From: Asterias amurensis | Taxonomy: Eukaryota | Direction of reading: 5' to 3' | DNA length: 64,000 nucleotides | Assembly: GCF_032118995.1 (NCBI RefSeq) | Contig: NC_092661.1 | Location: 18,109,185-18,173,184 of the forward strand | In this document: in pieces, positions 61,287 to 64,000 of the stretch | How positions within the stretch are numbered: the first letter of the stretch is position 1 | Layout: each line of letters opens with the position of its first letter | The notes under the pieces: model-generated | The model's input: the letters and a program-made list of their open reading frames with translations, nothing else | What the model was told of the DNA's origin: nothing | Databases searched by the model: none | Position numbers and translations under genes: made by a program

Positions 61287-61489
61287 ATTGTCACCGTGGT
61301 CAGTCCCTTGTCGTCCATGCAATCAATGAGGGCCGGCAAGCTGCTCGTGAGGTCGATTTGGATCTGATGGGTCACACCTCCCTCGCTGGACCCGGAGGGG
61401 TGGTGTTCACCCCTGGTGTAAAAATTGGTAAGCCCAAGTCTGGAGCGGGAATCAAAAACCAGCAGCAGGTTGTTGAATGTGTCGCTTGA
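61287..61489 (+). CDS. GOGAT exon 36 (terminal): (D)CHRGQSLVVHAINEGRQAAREVDLDLMGHTSLAGPGGVVFTPGVKIGKPKSGAGIKNQQQVVECVA*
   Basis: 'catttgtcag|ATTGTC' gives G+AT=Asp. The stop TGA is at 61487-61489. It carries 'AGDC.RGQSLVV.AI.EGRQAAR.VD'. Confidence 0.9.
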
Positions 61490-61944
61490 AGGGGTGTGTG
61501 TACCTCTAGGGGGTACAGACTAGGTCAGATTATGTTTCCTATTAAAGGAATGTTACAGAATGGGGTTTGAGGGGGGGGGGGTTCGTGCAAATGTATAAGG
61601 AAAATCATACAGTTATGGTCACAAAAAAGAAAAATCTGTTTGGTTTTGAGATTTTGTTAAGTTTTTTTTTCTGTCAAACAGCATAGGCCTAGTCCTTGTT
61701 GTTGTAAATTGTATATTTTTAGAATTGAAAAGGCCAAAGGTCATGGAAACATACTTTTAAATCATTGATGGTTGACTGTTTGTAAACAAATTTATACTCC
61801 GGCCAAAAAATTATTTTTTTTCTCATAAAAATGTTTTATCAACTGAAGGAATCCACCTTGAAAAGGCACAACTAATTGTTTAAAGGATCTTGAGATGAAG
61901 GATACAAAATAAACGCATTGTTGGCAATAATTAATATTTTCATT

Positions 61945-61956
61945 TTATAAATAAAT
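61945..61956 (+). promoter_or_regulatory. Candidate GOGAT poly(A) signal (AATAAA)
   Basis: 'cattttataaataaattgtaattg' lies ~460 nt after the stop. Other A-rich hexamers are nearby, so this is ambiguous. Confidence 0.3.
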
Positions 61957-63042
61957 TGTAATTGTCTTGTTCTACATTTGAACATGTTGAATATGTGATC
62001 ATTATTTCCCTTTGAGAGCTTTCTGCCTTAGCAAATGTAAGCAAATATTGTGTGTGAGTGATTTGACCATTTATCTTAAACTAAACTGACAGTTTTTGTC
62101 TGGTTTTCCATGTGAAGAAAAAAGACCAACAAGTATTCAGAGTACCCCATGTCACATCACATACACGTCATTTTCTGGTTGTCTATAATTAGAAATCTTT
62201 ATCTGAGGGTAAACAAAGTACAGAAACAGTGTTTTTGTCTTGTACATGTACTTTGTGCTAAACCATGTTAGCCATTTAATATTATGATATCAGTGGTATT
62301 GGTAATTTCTTTGTATATTGTCTCATGTACATTTTCTTGACTGTATATTAAACATAAATATTTCACCTATCACTAAAGGATTAACCTTGATTAATTTTGA
62401 TGCGTTAATATTTACCAATTGATACATAACAATTATGACACAACTAAAAACAATTTTTTTTTCTCAACCAGATTTGAATAAGTGAACTTTTCATTTGCAT
62501 TGCAACATCATGGTGTACACAATCTTGGAGTATACATTGGATTGCTTAATATTGTAAGCCTGTGTGCCACATTCTCAAAAGTGTGCTTGAAACTCTAGTA
62601 GTATGAACTTCAAAATATTTGCTTGCATAGATTTCAGAGGTACGACCATAGAGCAAGGGTTGAACAGTTGTGCTTACTTTGATTAAGTCTAACTTGTATG
62701 GAGTTGAGTTAATACCTTATAGTCAGGAATCATTGTGTTAGAAATAAATTTTTCTGATGGACGTTTTTCTGCACAAATATCTTTACTTATATGTGTGTAT
62801 AATACGACCAATTGATATATTTTGGGGAAGTTGGTGTAGTTAATGCTTGGTGTTCAATATATTCTACTTATAAACTGTTGTGAAATATTTCATATTGTTG
62901 TAAGTAACAATATAGGTAAAGATGATTATTTATGATGAGATGCTCATAGAGATAGCTCTGGTAGAAGAAAAAGGTCAGAGGTTAATAGACCACCTTTGGC
63001 CTGCCATCATTCAGGTCAAACAATGAAAACATGCACAAGTGT

Positions 63043-63215
63043 AAAGGCCCGGTCACACAGGCCCTGATAACAAGAAAGAAAACGATAAAAATGCACGTCC
63101 TCGATTGGTTGAAATGCTCCATGCAGAATCCACGCTCATTCAACTAATCGAGGTCATGCATTTTTATCATCATTTTCGTTCTCATTATTGGGGCCTGTGT
63201 GACCGGCCCGTAAGT
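63043..63215. mobile_element. Hairpin MITE family F copy
   Basis: 'aaaggcccggtcacacaggccctgataacaagaaagaaaacgataaaaatgcacgtcctcgattggttgaaatgctccatgcagaatccacgctcattcaactaatcgaggtcatgcatttttatcatcattttcgttctcattattggggcctgtgtgaccggcccgt' is near-perfectly palindromic. It is homologous to 37370..37530. Confidence 0.65.
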
Positions 63216-64000
63216 GCTACAATGTACACATGACTCAATAGCTCTTCAATGACCTCGGTGAGGGGGGCTGGTTTTAGGCTTGTTTTGTCATATGCATGTG
63301 GTCTATAGCACTCCGCACTAATGCTAAGAACCCGGATCTCAGACAAGTGTGCCAAATTGCATTAAAACATACTCGTATGTACTTGTCCTAACTATACTAC
63401 TTGTGCCATTTGGTGTGTCGATGATGTGTAGATGGCATTAGTTGTGGAATGTTTGTTTGTTGGGTATTTTGAGCAAAAGAGATATCACTATTGATGAGTG
63501 CTTTTCTATGGGGAGCTGAAGACAGCTTGTCTGGTCCTAAATTTACTACATGTACATTTATCAATGCATGATAACTGGGTTGCTGGTTTATCTAATACTG
63601 ACTGCGCAACTATGTAAGAATATTGAGAGAATGCTGCAATGATTGACAAAACATTGCAGAATATTTAATATTTATTATCCATGTGCACGATACAATGCTC
63701 AGCTGCCAGTCCTCTGTGTGCTATTGTGGATTACTATAAACTAGAGTAAATTTCATTTATAAAGTTCAGTAGCATCATGTAGGGTTGAAATGTTCTATCA
63801 CATTCTGCATTTAATCCCATTTGTGTCACATATCATTTTGGTTGGTTTTTAGAAATTTGCAACAGCTATTTTTTTCCTTTGTTAGCTATTTCTTTCCAAA
63901 TTAATGTCAAAACAGATATTGTGGAACTAAATACTCTCCATGTATATGTACATGTACATGTAATTTGAGTAGCTAGTCTAATCATGTAATATAGTTGGAG

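Noticed and set aside
1-64000. Search for a prokaryotic-style novel system (defence island, CRISPR, operon)
   Set aside because: The sequence is unambiguously eukaryotic. It has GT-AG introns, AATAAA signals, MITEs and SINEs, and its genes are split into 4 to 36 exons. No CRISPR repeats, operonic gene packing or RBS-type starts are present.

Overview
This is a eukaryotic, intron-rich, AT-rich, repeat-dense genomic window, most likely from a marine invertebrate. It is not prokaryotic, so no operons, CRISPR arrays or defence islands are expected and none are seen. Three protein-coding genes are supported.

(1) Positions 6451-12501, + strand: the 3' part of an aryl hydrocarbon receptor (AHR) homologue. 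The PAS-B/PAC exon aligns almost residue-for-residue with vertebrate AHR ('FRLMTKKTKWLWVQAKGRVIYKSGKPDYIVSTHRPM | SDQEGDQHL'). A 2.1-kb exon encodes a diverged transactivation region with PPGFPAGG repeats, and the terminal exon encodes a poly-Q tract written as pure (CAA)n.

(2) Positions 21586-23003, - strand: a roughly 331-aa protein of no family I can recognise. It lies head-to-head with gene 3 across a CpG/CCAAT-box intergenic region.

(3) Positions 24530-61489, + strand: a complete NADH-dependent glutamate synthase (GOGAT, GLT1-like) gene. I reconstruct 36 coding exons (6291 nt, 2096 aa) with consistent GT-AG junctions and phase bookkeeping. They cover the Ntn-amidotransferase (Cys after a 30-aa propeptide), central, FMN, GXGXG and small-subunit-like ([28 protein letters not shown]) modules.

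The non-coding space is dominated by MITE-like elements. One 370-420-bp family with 'GGCAGTGGACACTATTGGTAATT' terminal inverted repeats has 11 copies and explains the recurring short ORFs in the ORF track. There are at least seven further MITE/foldback families, two tRNA-derived SINE families, a non-LTR retrotransposon tail fragment, three intronic minisatellites (124, 120 and 163-bp units), a CGATAT-rich palindromic element and an (ATT)25 microsatellite.

The points most worth a second look are:
- the orphan head-to-head gene with a frame-preserving, stop-free 135-nt intron;
- three copies of one SINE family abutting the 3' splice sites of GOGAT exons 14, 21 and 26;
- the animal GOGAT locus itself.

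All coordinates are hand-derived and may be off by 1-3 nt.
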